DNA of 64,000 bases from IMG/VR virus record IMGVR_UViG_3300043399_000587, positions 1 through 64,000 of that record; one strand, 5' to 3'. Both the position numbers and the translations under genes were made by a program. Under the pieces are notes generated by a model. The model was not told the origin of the DNA, searched no databases, and worked only from the letters and a program-made list of their open reading frames with translations. Origin of the DNA: a virus. Positions 1-8,061 of the stretch are shown piece by piece. Numbering within the stretch: position 1 is the first letter of the stretch; every line of letters starts with the position of its first letter.

Positions 1-886
1 GGAAGCTGAAAAGAATCCTCATACAAGCGCATTAGGTAAAGCATTGTATCGTGACTTAAGCAAAGAGAAGAAGGCAAGCCCGCAACAAGTTCAACGCAAC
101 AAAGAGCGGTGGGCACAGCGCCAGGCAGATAAAGAGCAAGGTGTGGCGGAAGGTACTCCGACATCGCTGATGAGACAATACCGTTCAAATGAAAATAATA
201 ATAATCATTCAGAAAATATAGTGCTATTGGCAAAACATTTTGGTACACCAGGAGAACTGTCAGTCGCTCGACGGGCACTAAAATACAGAGATGAGAAGGG
301 TGGATTTGATTATAGTGATCCTAAAGCTAAAAAGTACACAGATTTTCAACTAATGATTCATGAAAAATATTTCCCTCTTCTTAGATTAAAGCAAGGTGTG
401 GCGGAAGGCTCCCTTAACGAGATTAGTCAAGACACTGCTATGTCATACATAAGCAAACGTAAGAACACTGATGTATCTGGCAAAACCCCACAACAGATAG
501 GAAAAATGATCAAGGGTCTCAAAGGTGCCGTAGCAAGAGCGTACGGTGAAAAGCCAACAAGCCCTGCTAAAAACAAAGAGCAAGGTGTGGCGGAAGGATA
601 CCATAACAATATAATGCATGCCTGGAACTCTGGAATGAGTGATGATGAATTAGTAAGAAAATTCGGGCAAGGTGCATTTAATCAATTAAAACGAAAATAC
701 GGTGCCGGTGCCATTCCAGTTCCTGATTTAGTAGGGTATAAGCCAAAAGAACCAGAAGATAAAAAAGTGAGATTGCATAGAGGTTTGGAAGGGCCCGGAA
801 AGGTACTTAAATCAATTATAAAACAGCAAGATGTGAAGGAGGGTCAAGAAGACCTTGATGCCATCAAGAAATTAATGGGTAAATAA
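1..886 (+). CDS. 5'-truncated modular probable internal head/virion polyprotein with QGVAEG repeats
   Basis: Frame is open from the window start (EAEKNPHTSALGKALYR...). It has three K/E-QGVAEG motifs plus a degenerate QQDVKEG, an LNEIS motif, and the C-terminus EDLDAIKKLMGK. Confidence 0.6.
   Translation, partial: EAEKNPHTSALGKALYRDLSKEKKASPQQVQRNKERWAQRQADKEQGVAEGTPTSLMRQYRSNENNNNHSENIVLLAKHFGTPGELSVARRALKYRDEKGGFDYSDPKAKKYTDFQLMIHEKYFPLLRLKQGVAEGSLNEISQDTAMSYISKRKNTDVSGKTPQQIGKMIKGLKGAVARAYGEKPTSPAKNKEQGVAEGYHNNIMHAWNSGMSDDELVRKFGQGAFNQLKRKYGAGAIPVPDLVGYKPKEPEDKKVRLHRGLEGPGKVLKSIIKQQDVKEGQEDLDAIKKLMGK
131..153 (+). repeat. GVAEG repeat copy 1 (AAAGAGCAAGGTGTGGCGGAAGG)
   Basis: Read directly; identical to the copy at 575-597. 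Confidence 0.95.
388..408 (+). repeat. GVAEG repeat copy 2 (AAAGCAAGGTGTGGCGGAAGG)
   Basis: Read directly; the core AGCAAGGTGTGGCGGAAGG is identical to copy 1. Confidence 0.95.
575..597 (+). repeat. GVAEG repeat copy 3
   Basis: Read directly. Confidence 0.95.
821..843 (+). repeat. Degenerate GVAEG repeat (AAACAGCAAGATGTGAAGGAGGG)
   Basis: Same frame and register as the other copies, with several mismatches. Confidence 0.6.
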
Positions 887-892
887 AATCAT

Positions 893-921
893 AAAAAACC
901 TCACTTTATAAAGTGAGGTTT
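893..921 (+). terminator. Hairpin terminator AAACCTCACTTT-AT-AAAGTGAGGTTT
   Basis: Inverted repeat immediately after the stop at 886. Confidence 0.7.
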
Positions 922-942
922 GCCATATCTGGAATAAATACA

Positions 943-971
943 TTGACGGCAGTAAGAAGATATGCTAAACT
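943..971 (+). promoter_or_regulatory. Sigma70-type promoter for the gp32-like gene (TTGACG-N17-TAAACT, extended TG)
   Basis: Consensus-like boxes with a 17-nt spacer. Confidence 0.55.
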
Positions 972-1049
972 TCATTCTGACGTTAGTTACACATAATGTG
1001 TAGCGACATTAAAAAACGAGACCATCTCAATTTTATAAGGAAATTAAAA

Positions 1050-2048
1050 ATGACGACATTAGCGGAAATAAGGGCTAGGATTAAAGCCCAAGAAAACAAA
1101 TCACAACAAAGTTCATCTGGTCCTAGCGACAATTCAATATATCCCCACTGGAACATGGACGAAGGTGCAACAGCTACCGTACGTTTTCTCCCAGACGCAG
1201 ATTCTAATAATACGTTCTTTTGGGTTGAACGACAAATCATCAAACTTGCTTTTAATGGAGTTAAGGGCGATCCTAATATCAAACAAACTGTTGTTCAAGT
1301 TCCATGCATGGAGATGTATGGTGACTCTTGTCCTATTCTTGCTGAAGTTCGTCCTTGGTATAAAGACGAAACTCTCAAAGAAATGGCAAACAAATATTGG
1401 AAAAAGCGTAGTTATCTATTCCAAGCCTTTGTTCGTCAAAATCCTCTTGGCGATGATAAGACTCCCGCAAATCCAATTCGCCGACTAATCATCAGTCCGC
1501 AAATCATTCCTATCATCCGTACAGGTTTGATGGATCCTGAACTGGTTGAACTACCAACTCATTATATGCGAGGTCTTGACTTCAACATTCGTAAGACCAG
1601 CAAGGGTGGCTATGCTGATTACAGCACAAGTACTTGGGCACGCCGTGAATCAGCATTAACGGAGGCAGAACAGGCTGCTATTGAAGCACATGGACTTTTC
1701 AATCTTGCTGATTTTCTTCCTAAGAAGCCGAATGAGGCTGAATTGCGCATCATCAAGGAAATGTTTGAAGCCTCAGTAGAAGGTAAGCCCTACGACAATG
1801 AACGTTGGGGTCAATATTATCGTCCATATGGACTTGAAGCTCCTACAGGTTCTACAACGGCAGAACAACCTGCGTCTACCACGAATAGCGCATCCGTTGC
1901 TCAGTCTGCAATTGATTCTTCACCCCCATGGGAAGATGAACCAACTGCATCGACACAACCTGTCAAGGTTCCAACTACTCCGCCAAGTGATAAGGCTCAG
2001 GACATTTTGGCACTAATTCGTTCTCGTCAAAATAAAACTAACTCTTAA
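1050..2048 (+). CDS. Single-stranded DNA-binding protein, T4 gp32-like
   Basis: VRFLP motif, C-x8-CP metal site, G.DFNIRK..KGGYADY.TS, acidic/Pro tail. AAGGA RBS precedes the ATG at 1050. Confidence 0.85.
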   Translation: MTTLAEIRARIKAQENKSQQSSSGPSDNSIYPHWNMDEGATATVRFLPDADSNNTFFWVERQIIKLAFNGVKGDPNIKQTVVQVPCMEMYGDSCPILAEVRPWYKDETLKEMANKYWKKRSYLFQAFVRQNPLGDDKTPANPIRRLIISPQIIPIIRTGLMDPELVELPTHYMRGLDFNIRKTSKGGYADYSTSTWARRESALTEAEQAAIEAHGLFNLADFLPKKPNEAELRIIKEMFEASVEGKPYDNERWGQYYRPYGLEAPTGSTTAEQPASTTNSASVAQSAIDSSPPWEDEPTASTQPVKVPTTPPSDKAQDILALIRSRQNKTNS

Positions 2049-2063
2049 TTACAATAGGGCACG

Positions 2064-2759
2064 GTGACAACTATAGCCTACTTATACAAATGGACTCATA
2101 TGCCTACAGGTATGTGGTATGTGGGTTCTCGGTCGGCAAAAGGTTGTCATCCTGATGATGGGTATTTGTGCTCAAGTGGTGTAGTTAAACCATTAATTTT
2201 AGAAAACCAAAATGAGTGGAAAAGAGATATTTTAATATTGGGTGATCCCGAATATATTATTAATTTAGAAAATAATTATTTACAAAAATTAGATGCCAAA
2301 AATGATCCAATGTCTTTTAACAAGCACAATGGAGATGGCATTTATGTAACATTGGGTGATAAGAATCCAATGAAAAATCCGTTAATTGCTAAAAAAGTTG
2401 CAAACGCAATACGAGGGGAAAATCATTGGACAAATCATTTAAATGGGGCTACTCATCCTCAGCAAGGTCAAAAAAGACCCAGTATTACTGGCGATAATCA
2501 TCCAAACAAGAAGAAAGAAAACGCATTAAAAATTAGTGATTCTCATAAAGGAAAAAAACATGAGTATGCGTTAGGTGATAAAAATGTAATGCGTGATCCC
2601 AAAATTGCTGCTAAACTTTCAGGTGAAAATCATTAGACAGTTAAAAAACAAAAATATCAATGCCCGCATTGCGGAATTTTATGTATTAAAAGTAACTACA
2701 CACGATGGCACGGCAAAAGTTGCAAAAAACAAAAAGGAGTCATATATGACATTACCTGA
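2064..2759 (+). pseudogene. GIY-YIG-like homing endonuclease interrupted by an in-frame TAG at 2634-2636
   Basis: N-terminal AYLYKW...WYVGSR and G(D/E)xNP/H NUMOD-like repeats. The frame continues past TAG into the CPHC...RWH...C finger and ends at TGA 2757-2759. Confidence 0.7.
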
Positions 2760-2982
2760 CGAACGCTACCGTGCTTTAAAGCAAGGTAAAAAACTGTTGG
2801 AAGAATTATGTGACCCGGGTAGAACTCCTCGGGTTCCTGCATTAGTAAGAGACAGAGCAAGGGGTGTTTTACGACATTATCCAAGTGATTATGAACTGGA
2901 AAGGATCGCCGACAACTGTCCAGAGTTCCTTGACAAAATCTCATTTGTCGATAAAATGTATATGAACATTCCACACAAATAA
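2746..2982 (+). CDS. Hypothetical phage protein (MTLPDERYRA...)
   Basis: AGGAG RBS precedes the ATG at 2746. Confidence 0.7.
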   Translation: MTLPDERYRALKQGKKLLEELCDPGRTPRVPALVRDRARGVLRHYPSDYELERIADNCPEFLDKISFVDKMYMNIPHK

Positions 2983-2994
2983 TAGGAGAATAAA

Positions 2995-4050
2995 TTGGGG
3001 AAACCATTCGATGTTAGCAAATTTAGAAAAGATATTACCAAATCCATTGAAGGACTTAGTATCGGATTTAACGACCCTACTGACTGGGTTAGTACAGGAA
3101 ATCACGCCCTTAATTATCTCATTAGCGGTGATTTTAATAAAGGTGTCCCTCTTGGTAAAGTTACTGTCTTTGCCGGAGAATCAGGATCAGGAAAATCATA
3201 TATCTGTTCCGGAAACCTTGTCCGACACGCACAACAACAGGGAATCTTTGTTGTCCTCATTGATTCAGAAAATGCCTTGGACGAAGATTGGCTAAAGGCA
3301 TTAGGTGTTGATACCAGTGAAGATAAGCTTCTTAAACTCAACATGGCAATGATTGATGACGTTGCCAAAACAATTAGTGAGTTTATGAAAAGTTACAAGG
3401 CACTCCCACCAGAAGATAAGCCTAAAGTTCTATTCATTATCGATTCACTAGGTATGCTATTAACACCTACCGATGTTAATCAGTTCGAAGCAGGCGACAT
3501 GAAAGGTGACATGGGTCGCAAGCCCAAAGCATTGACTAGTCTTGTTCGTAACTGTGTCAACATGTTCGGTAGTCATAACGTTGGATTAGTTGCTACTAAT
3601 CATACATACGCAAGCCAAGATATGTTTGATCCTGATGACAAAATTTCAGGTGGTCAAGGCTTCATTTATGCTTCAAGTATTGTTGTTGCTATGAAAAAAC
3701 TAAAACTTAAAGAAGATGAAGATGGTAACAAAGTAAGTAATGTACGTGGTATTCGTAGTGCATGCAAGGTTATGAAAACACGTTACGCTAAACCTTTTGA
3801 AAGTGTACAGGTTAAGATCCCGTATGATCAGGGAATGAGTCCATTCTCCGGTCTTACTGACTTGATTGAAGGAAAGGGTTTACTTTCAAAAGAAGGTAAT
3901 AGTTTGGTCTATACTACAAAAGACGGAGAAATTATCAAAAAGTTTCGCAAAGGTTGGGAACGAAATGACGATGAATGTCTGAATATTGTAATGAAAGATA
4001 TCATGCTTTCACCGAAAGAAGTTCAATCAGAACCTACTGACGAAAAATAA
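2995..4050 (+). CDS. uvsX: RecA/UvsX recombinase
   Basis: Walker A GESGSGKS, IDSENALD, Walker B FIIDSLG, ISGG.G..YASS. Confidence 0.92.
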   Translation: MGKPFDVSKFRKDITKSIEGLSIGFNDPTDWVSTGNHALNYLISGDFNKGVPLGKVTVFAGESGSGKSYICSGNLVRHAQQQGIFVVLIDSENALDEDWLKALGVDTSEDKLLKLNMAMIDDVAKTISEFMKSYKALPPEDKPKVLFIIDSLGMLLTPTDVNQFEAGDMKGDMGRKPKALTSLVRNCVNMFGSHNVGLVATNHTYASQDMFDPDDKISGGQGFIYASSIVVAMKKLKLKEDEDGNKVSNVRGIRSACKVMKTRYAKPFESVQVKIPYDQGMSPFSGLTDLIEGKGLLSKEGNSLVYTTKDGEIIKKFRKGWERNDDECLNIVMKDIMLSPKEVQSEPTDEK

Positions 4051-4064
4051 AAATTGTACCTACC

Positions 4065-4181
4065 ATGGAAAAGATTATGAGAAATAAAAAGATACCAACA
4101 CGCGGTTCATGTAAAGGCTGGTTTGTTGAAAAATCAGAAACTAAGCTAAGTACTCTATCAACTGAGGAGGAACATGAATAA
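4065..4181 (+). pseudogene. Short ORF, possible C-terminal remnant of a homing endonuclease
   Basis: MEKIMRNKKIPTRGSCKGWFVEK...; the C/Y-KGW motif also occurs in the endonucleases at 22.1-22.8 and 26.5-27.2 kb. Confidence 0.35.
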
Positions 4182-4426
4182 TGACATTGAATTTTGTTGC
4201 AGAAGTTTGGGACGCATTACGCAACCATATTGATTTCAACGAACGTAAAGAGGCAGCAGATTCACTAGTGAATCTGCTAATCGAAAACAATTATGAAGCC
4301 GATGAAATTAAAGAATCGTTTCGTGGTGAAAAAGAAATCCTTACAGCATTGAAAGATTATGTAAGTGAACACGAACAAGAAGAATTCGAAGATGACGAAG
4401 AAGAATCGGATGACGATGAATGGTGA
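4181..4426 (+). CDS. Acidic hypothetical protein
   Basis: GAGGAGG RBS; lies in the uvsX-uvsY operon. Confidence 0.75.
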   Translation: MTLNFVAEVWDALRNHIDFNERKEAADSLVNLLIENNYEADEIKESFRGEKEILTALKDYVSEHEQEEFEDDEEESDDDEW

Positions 4427-4429
4427 TAA

Positions 4430-4888
4430 ATGAATTGGTATAGCAGAATAACGCAAAACCTTACAATCATACCTGATTTTATTACACACTATGAAAACGA
4501 ATTAGCAGCGGCAAAGAACGAGGTGAAAATTTATGGCAATGTTGAAAAGAACATTGCCAATTTACCTGGTGTTACCGAACATCGTTTCAACCAATTACAA
4601 GAGATTGAGGCAGTATTAAATTATCTCAATATTCAATTACGGAAAATTCGCCGAAAACATTTTCAAAAATATTTAGAAGCGTATAATAGAGCACTGACCA
4701 GCCGTGACGCAGAAAAATATGTTGATGGTGAAGATGAGGTAATTGACTTTGAAACCATCATTAACGAAGTTGCATTGTTACGCAATCGTTGGTTAGGGAT
4801 TATGAAGGGTCTTGAAGCCAAACAATGGCAGATGGGTCATATTGTTCGCCTGCGTACAGCAGGTATGGAAGACATTACTATAGGATGA
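4430..4888 (+). CDS. uvsY: Recombination mediator, UvsY-like
   Basis: Helical protein of about 150 aa, DAEKYVDGED motif, located next to uvsX. Confidence 0.75.
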   Translation: MNWYSRITQNLTIIPDFITHYENELAAAKNEVKIYGNVEKNIANLPGVTEHRFNQLQEIEAVLNYLNIQLRKIRRKHFQKYLEAYNRALTSRDAEKYVDGEDEVIDFETIINEVALLRNRWLGIMKGLEAKQWQMGHIVRLRTAGMEDITIG

Positions 4889-4891
4889 TTT

Positions 4892-5695
4892 ATGAAATCA
4901 CAAGGATCAAAAGTTTTTAATTTACCGAAAATTCCAAAAATGAACGGTGCTATAGCTCCGTGGGCAGTAAAGTCAATACTAGGGGAATCTGATATATTTT
5001 CAGAAAAAAACATAATCATTAAGAAATATGAAATCGTAGAGATTCCCGAAGATTTGTTAGCGTTGAGTTGTGCATGGCATCGTATTCGCCAAAAAATTAA
5101 AAGTGGGGCCGATCACAATTATCATAGGATCACCTCTTTACTCGATGATAAATTATTTGATTTAGTCCAACAAGAGGATAAAGAGAAAGCAGATTCTATT
5201 AGAAATTATTATAGTAAAAAACTGATGATGCTGACTCTATTGGAAATTAAATTTACCCAATTCAGAGAAGACCTTAACGAATTTTTACAAGGTAACGGTA
5301 AGAAATTTAAAGAACAGTTTTTACCTATGGTATATAGGTTACCTGAATTCTACGAAACAGATTTGCAATTTGAAAATATCAAGTCCAATTTCGAATTGGA
5401 TATCAAAGAAGATAGCAGAAAATTTTTGAGGTCACGTGGAGTTGAAACTACCTTTGAATTTATGCCTATCGCATCTCTCAAAAAAGAAAATAAAAGTATG
5501 AAGCGTACAGAATACTGGTTAAAAACAAAATCAAATAAGTTTGGTTATGTGTTAGTATTAGATGACGTTAATCCACTAAAGTCATTATGGGAGCGTGAGT
5601 TTAAAAAACAAACAATTGTCATGGATGCGACAATGGTCCCAAAAATTCGTGATGGTCTATATTACTATGTATTGTATAATTATACCGTAATTTGA
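4892..5695 (+). CDS. Hypothetical protein
   Basis: 267-aa ORF; its stop TGA lies in the -35 box of the next promoter. Confidence 0.7.
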   Translation: MKSQGSKVFNLPKIPKMNGAIAPWAVKSILGESDIFSEKNIIIKKYEIVEIPEDLLALSCAWHRIRQKIKSGADHNYHRITSLLDDKLFDLVQQEDKEKADSIRNYYSKKLMMLTLLEIKFTQFREDLNEFLQGNGKKFKEQFLPMVYRLPEFYETDLQFENIKSNFELDIKEDSRKFLRSRGVETTFEFMPIASLKKENKSMKRTEYWLKTKSNKFGYVLVLDDVNPLKSLWEREFKKQTIVMDATMVPKIRDGLYYYVLYNYTVI

Positions 5696-5720
5696 CAATA
5701 AATCCACAGTGTTATATACT
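5692..5720 (+). promoter_or_regulatory. Early promoter repeat 1 (TTGACAATAAAT...TATACT)
   Basis: -35/-10 boxes with a 17-nt spacer. Confidence 0.85.
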
Positions 5721-5744
5721 GTGGGCACAGTAAGGAAAACAGTC

Positions 5745-5939
5745 ATGAAGACTTATCAAGAAGTGATTGAACGTGCTGCCCGCAGGATCTATGATGCTTA
5801 CATGGGCGGCACCTATGACTATTACAATGTGGTCCCCTGCAGTGAGATTGCTTTCATTTTTGAAAAGACCAGTGATGAAGTCCATGAGGATAGTGTAGAG
5901 GCCTTCAAGGCTATTAGCCTTCAAGGTTATTCTAGATAA
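5745..5939 (+). CDS. Small early protein (MKTYQEVIER...)
   Basis: TAAGGA RBS; follows the promoter. Confidence 0.7.
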   Translation: MKTYQEVIERAARRIYDAYMGGTYDYYNVVPCSEIAFIFEKTSDEVHEDSVEAFKAISLQGYSR

Positions 5940-5986
5940 CCCTGCATGGCGCTAGGTAAGCTTTCCGAGAAGTAAGGAGCACAGTT

Positions 5987-6154
5987 ATGAAGACCAACTT
6001 GTTCAACTCCCGTCATCACGCCCGCGTGGGCCCCGGCGGCTGGTTCTGCACTTGCTGCGGTCCGGCTCCTAAGAATCGCAAGGTTGTTGTCCGGCAGCAC
6101 AAGCGTAGGATCACCCGTATTTTGGATAAGCTTGAGCATGATGTTCAGGCTTGA
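5987..6154 (+). CDS. Small basic Cys-containing early protein, 55 aa (not in ORF track)
   Basis: TAAGGAG RBS; translates as MKTNLFNSRHHARVGPGGWFCTCCGPAPKNRK... Confidence 0.65.
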   Translation: MKTNLFNSRHHARVGPGGWFCTCCGPAPKNRKVVVRQHKRRITRILDKLEHDVQA

Positions 6155-6179
6155 CAATAAATGGGTTTGGGAATACAAT
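6151..6179 (+). promoter_or_regulatory. Early promoter repeat 2
   Basis: TTGACAATAAAT...TACAAT. Confidence 0.85.
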
Positions 6180-6208
6180 ACTTGTATTGATTGATCAAGG
6201 AGTCTGAT

Positions 6209-6451
6209 ATGACTATCAAGCGTTTCAAGCAATCCCAACGTTTTCGTGTTATTGTCGGTCCTGCGTGTTTCTATGCTACTGCCAAACAGATTCGCAATGG
6301 GGTTGGTGGTTTCATCAAGTGCAACGCCGCAACCCAAAAGGCTCTCGACGCCCTAGAATTTACCCGTTCGGGTAAAGGTCTTGCTGACCAGTGCGCCGTG
6401 GGTCTTGCTGGTACTTGGGAAGGTCTGCAAGTCCAGTTAGATTTGGCTTGA
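6209..6451 (+). CDS. Small early hypothetical protein
   Basis: AAGGAG RBS before the ATG at 6209. Confidence 0.7.
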   Translation: MTIKRFKQSQRFRVIVGPACFYATAKQIRNGVGGFIKCNAATQKALDALEFTRSGKGLADQCAVGLAGTWEGLQVQLDLA

Positions 6452-6476
6452 CAATAAATCCATAAGGCTCTATAAT
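6448..6476 (+). promoter_or_regulatory. Early promoter repeat 3
   Basis: TTGACAATAAAT...TATAAT. Confidence 0.85.
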
Positions 6477-6507
6477 AGAGTCTTATTCAGTCAGAAGGAG
6501 TCCTGTG

Positions 6508-6720
6508 ATGGGCTACAAGGTTCTTGGTCGTACTGATGAACTGCTCAAGGGGTACGGACCTCGTAAGGGCCTCGAAGGCCCCTTCATTTATATCAACGGT
6601 AGGATTCTGTACTACGATCCCAAAGCTGGTAAGTATTGGGACCCTCGCACCGACTTCTACGTTGAGCAGGACGAAATGGACCTGCTTAACAAAGAACTTG
6701 CTAGATTCCTTTCTCGGTAA
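6508..6720 (+). CDS. Small early hypothetical protein (YYDPK.GKYWDP.TDFY)
   Basis: AAGGAG RBS. Confidence 0.75.
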   Translation: MGYKVLGRTDELLKGYGPRKGLEGPFIYINGRILYYDPKAGKYWDPRTDFYVEQDEMDLLNKELARFLSR

Positions 6721-6722
6721 AT

Positions 6723-6751
6723 TTGACAATAAATCAGTTTGGGCATACAAT
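6723..6751 (+). promoter_or_regulatory. Early promoter repeat 4
   Basis: TTGACAATAAAT...TACAAT. Confidence 0.85.
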
Positions 6752-6777
6752 ACATGTATTCGTTAACAGGAGCATGT

Positions 6778-6963
6778 ATGCTTAATACACTTAATGATTT
6801 TATTCGTAAAGTAGAAAGTCTGAAAAACATTTCAGATGCCTACGATGTTTTTGAAGATGAATGCACGGACCAACTCCGTGATGAAATCTATAATTTTGCT
6901 GATCCTGAGGATTACGAACCTTTCCGCGCTGCCATGCACAATTTAGGTTTTGACACTTACTAA
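6778..6963 (+). CDS. Small acidic early protein
   Basis: AGGAG RBS before the ATG at 6778. Confidence 0.7.
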   Translation: MLNTLNDFIRKVESLKNISDAYDVFEDECTDQLRDEIYNFADPEDYEPFRAAMHNLGFDTY

Positions 6964-6981
6964 TTTGTTACATACCCGAAT

Positions 6982-7010
6982 TTGACAATAAATGGATTCG
7001 GGTATATAAT
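6982..7010 (+). promoter_or_regulatory. Early promoter repeat 5
   Basis: TTGACAATAAAT...TATAAT; a 10-bp inverted repeat flanks the -35 box. Confidence 0.85.
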
Positions 7011-7040
7011 AGAATCTTAGACAGTTGATTAACGGATTTT

Positions 7041-7208
7041 ATGTATCAAGTCGTTGTAAAGAAACTTATTGATGTTGGTATCAAAAAAGTCCGTTTTATC
7101 GGTACTAACGAAGAATGTGTGCGTTGGATGACCAATCATCGTTGGGGGTACTATGAACTCCTTGGGCCTGATGGGCGTCTTCGCTCTTATGTGCTTGGTA
7201 AAATCTAA
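7041..7208 (+). CDS. Small early protein, 55 aa (not in ORF track)
   Basis: MYQVVVKKLIDVGIKKVRFIG...; lies between promoters 5 and 6. Confidence 0.6.
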   Translation: MYQVVVKKLIDVGIKKVRFIGTNEECVRWMTNHRWGYYELLGPDGRLRSYVLGKI

Positions 7209-7216
7209 CCCAGAAT

Positions 7217-7245
7217 TTGACAATAAATCCCAATCCTGATATACT
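7217..7245 (+). promoter_or_regulatory. Early promoter repeat 6
   Basis: TTGACAATAAAT...TATACT. Confidence 0.85.
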
Positions 7246-7274
7246 GTATTCATAGTCAAGAAACGGAGCGAAAT

Positions 7275-7763
7275 ATGAAGATCGTCATCAGCACCCAGAT
7301 CCGCGAAAACTATGGCATCCACGATTGGGACGGTAAGGGCACTTGCCCGCAATACTGGAGGTGCAAGGGCGGTGACACCTACGTTGTCCCGAACCTGACG
7401 GTTGCTCAGGTCCTCAAGGTCAAGGATCAGGGCATCCCGACCCTGAAGGCTCTGATCGAATCCCGCAATGAGGGTTTCGAGGAGTACGTTGTTGATTGGT
7501 CGATCCTGGATGATGACGCCACTGTGTGTGAGCCGTGGGAAACCCCGTTCGAACTGTTCTGGGAACAGGGTCGCTGGGTCGCTCGGCGCACCGTCGAGAA
7601 CGGTGAGTACGGCTACATGCGCCGTGAGGTTGCTAGCAAGTCCGAGCAGTATGACATGCTGATGGCGGCCGGTCGTGAGAACTACCGTGTGGTCTATACG
7701 ATGCGTAACGGTGATTCGGTCACCGGTGAGCAGGTCTCGGAATATCTTTCGAAGGCTGCTTAA
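7275..7763 (+). CDS. Early hypothetical protein (TQ.RENYG.HDWDG.G.CPQYW)
   Basis: GGAG RBS; GC-rich codon usage. Confidence 0.8.
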   Translation: MKIVISTQIRENYGIHDWDGKGTCPQYWRCKGGDTYVVPNLTVAQVLKVKDQGIPTLKALIESRNEGFEEYVVDWSILDDDATVCEPWETPFELFWEQGRWVARRTVENGEYGYMRREVASKSEQYDMLMAAGRENYRVVYTMRNGDSVTGEQVSEYLSKAA

Positions 7764-7810
7764 GGTGTTGATCGCCGCAGCGAATACGGAATGGCATAAG
7801 GATTTATAAA

Positions 7811-7993
7811 ATGTCTGTCAACCAACTACTTATCACTGTCACTGATTTTGTAGACGAACACGCCAATGAGGCGATCTTTTGGCGCGATTACATTACGTTG
7901 CGACAAACCTACGACATTCGAACCAGTCTTGAAATGGCACTATCCAATCAAGGGTTCTCCCTTCCGGATGTAGAATCTAGCAATAATTCATGA
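7811..7993 (+). CDS. Small hypothetical protein
   Basis: TAAGGA RBS. Confidence 0.6.
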   Translation: MSVNQLLITVTDFVDEHANEAIFWRDYITLRQTYDIRTSLEMALSNQGFSLPDVESSNNS

Positions 7994-8000
7994 AAATTGT

Positions 8001-8029
8001 TTGACAATAAATGGATTTGGGTATATAAT
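8001..8029 (+). promoter_or_regulatory. Early promoter repeat 7
   Basis: Differs from repeat 5 at one of 31 nt. Confidence 0.85.
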
Positions 8030-8061
8030 ACATACATAGACAGTTGAGACACGGAGCAAAT

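Noticed and set aside
139-150. GGTGTGGCGG as a Chi site
   Set aside because: It does not match E. coli Chi (GCTGGTGG) and is confined to two genes rather than dispersed; a host-specific recombination signal cannot be judged from this window.
131-843. GVAEG repeats as a CRISPR array
   Set aside because: The spacers are 165-235 nt, unequal and in-frame coding. The repeat is not palindromic and no cas operon is present.
2634-2636. Genome-wide TAG reassignment
   Set aside because: Long genes translate uninterrupted in the standard code, TAG plausibly ends the 16047 gene, and the expected residue here is Trp (a single TGG>TAG change).
5692-8029. Promoter repeats as a CRISPR array or integron attC sites
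   Set aside because: The repeats are canonical -35/-10 promoters separated by whole genes; there is no attC-like structure or integrase.
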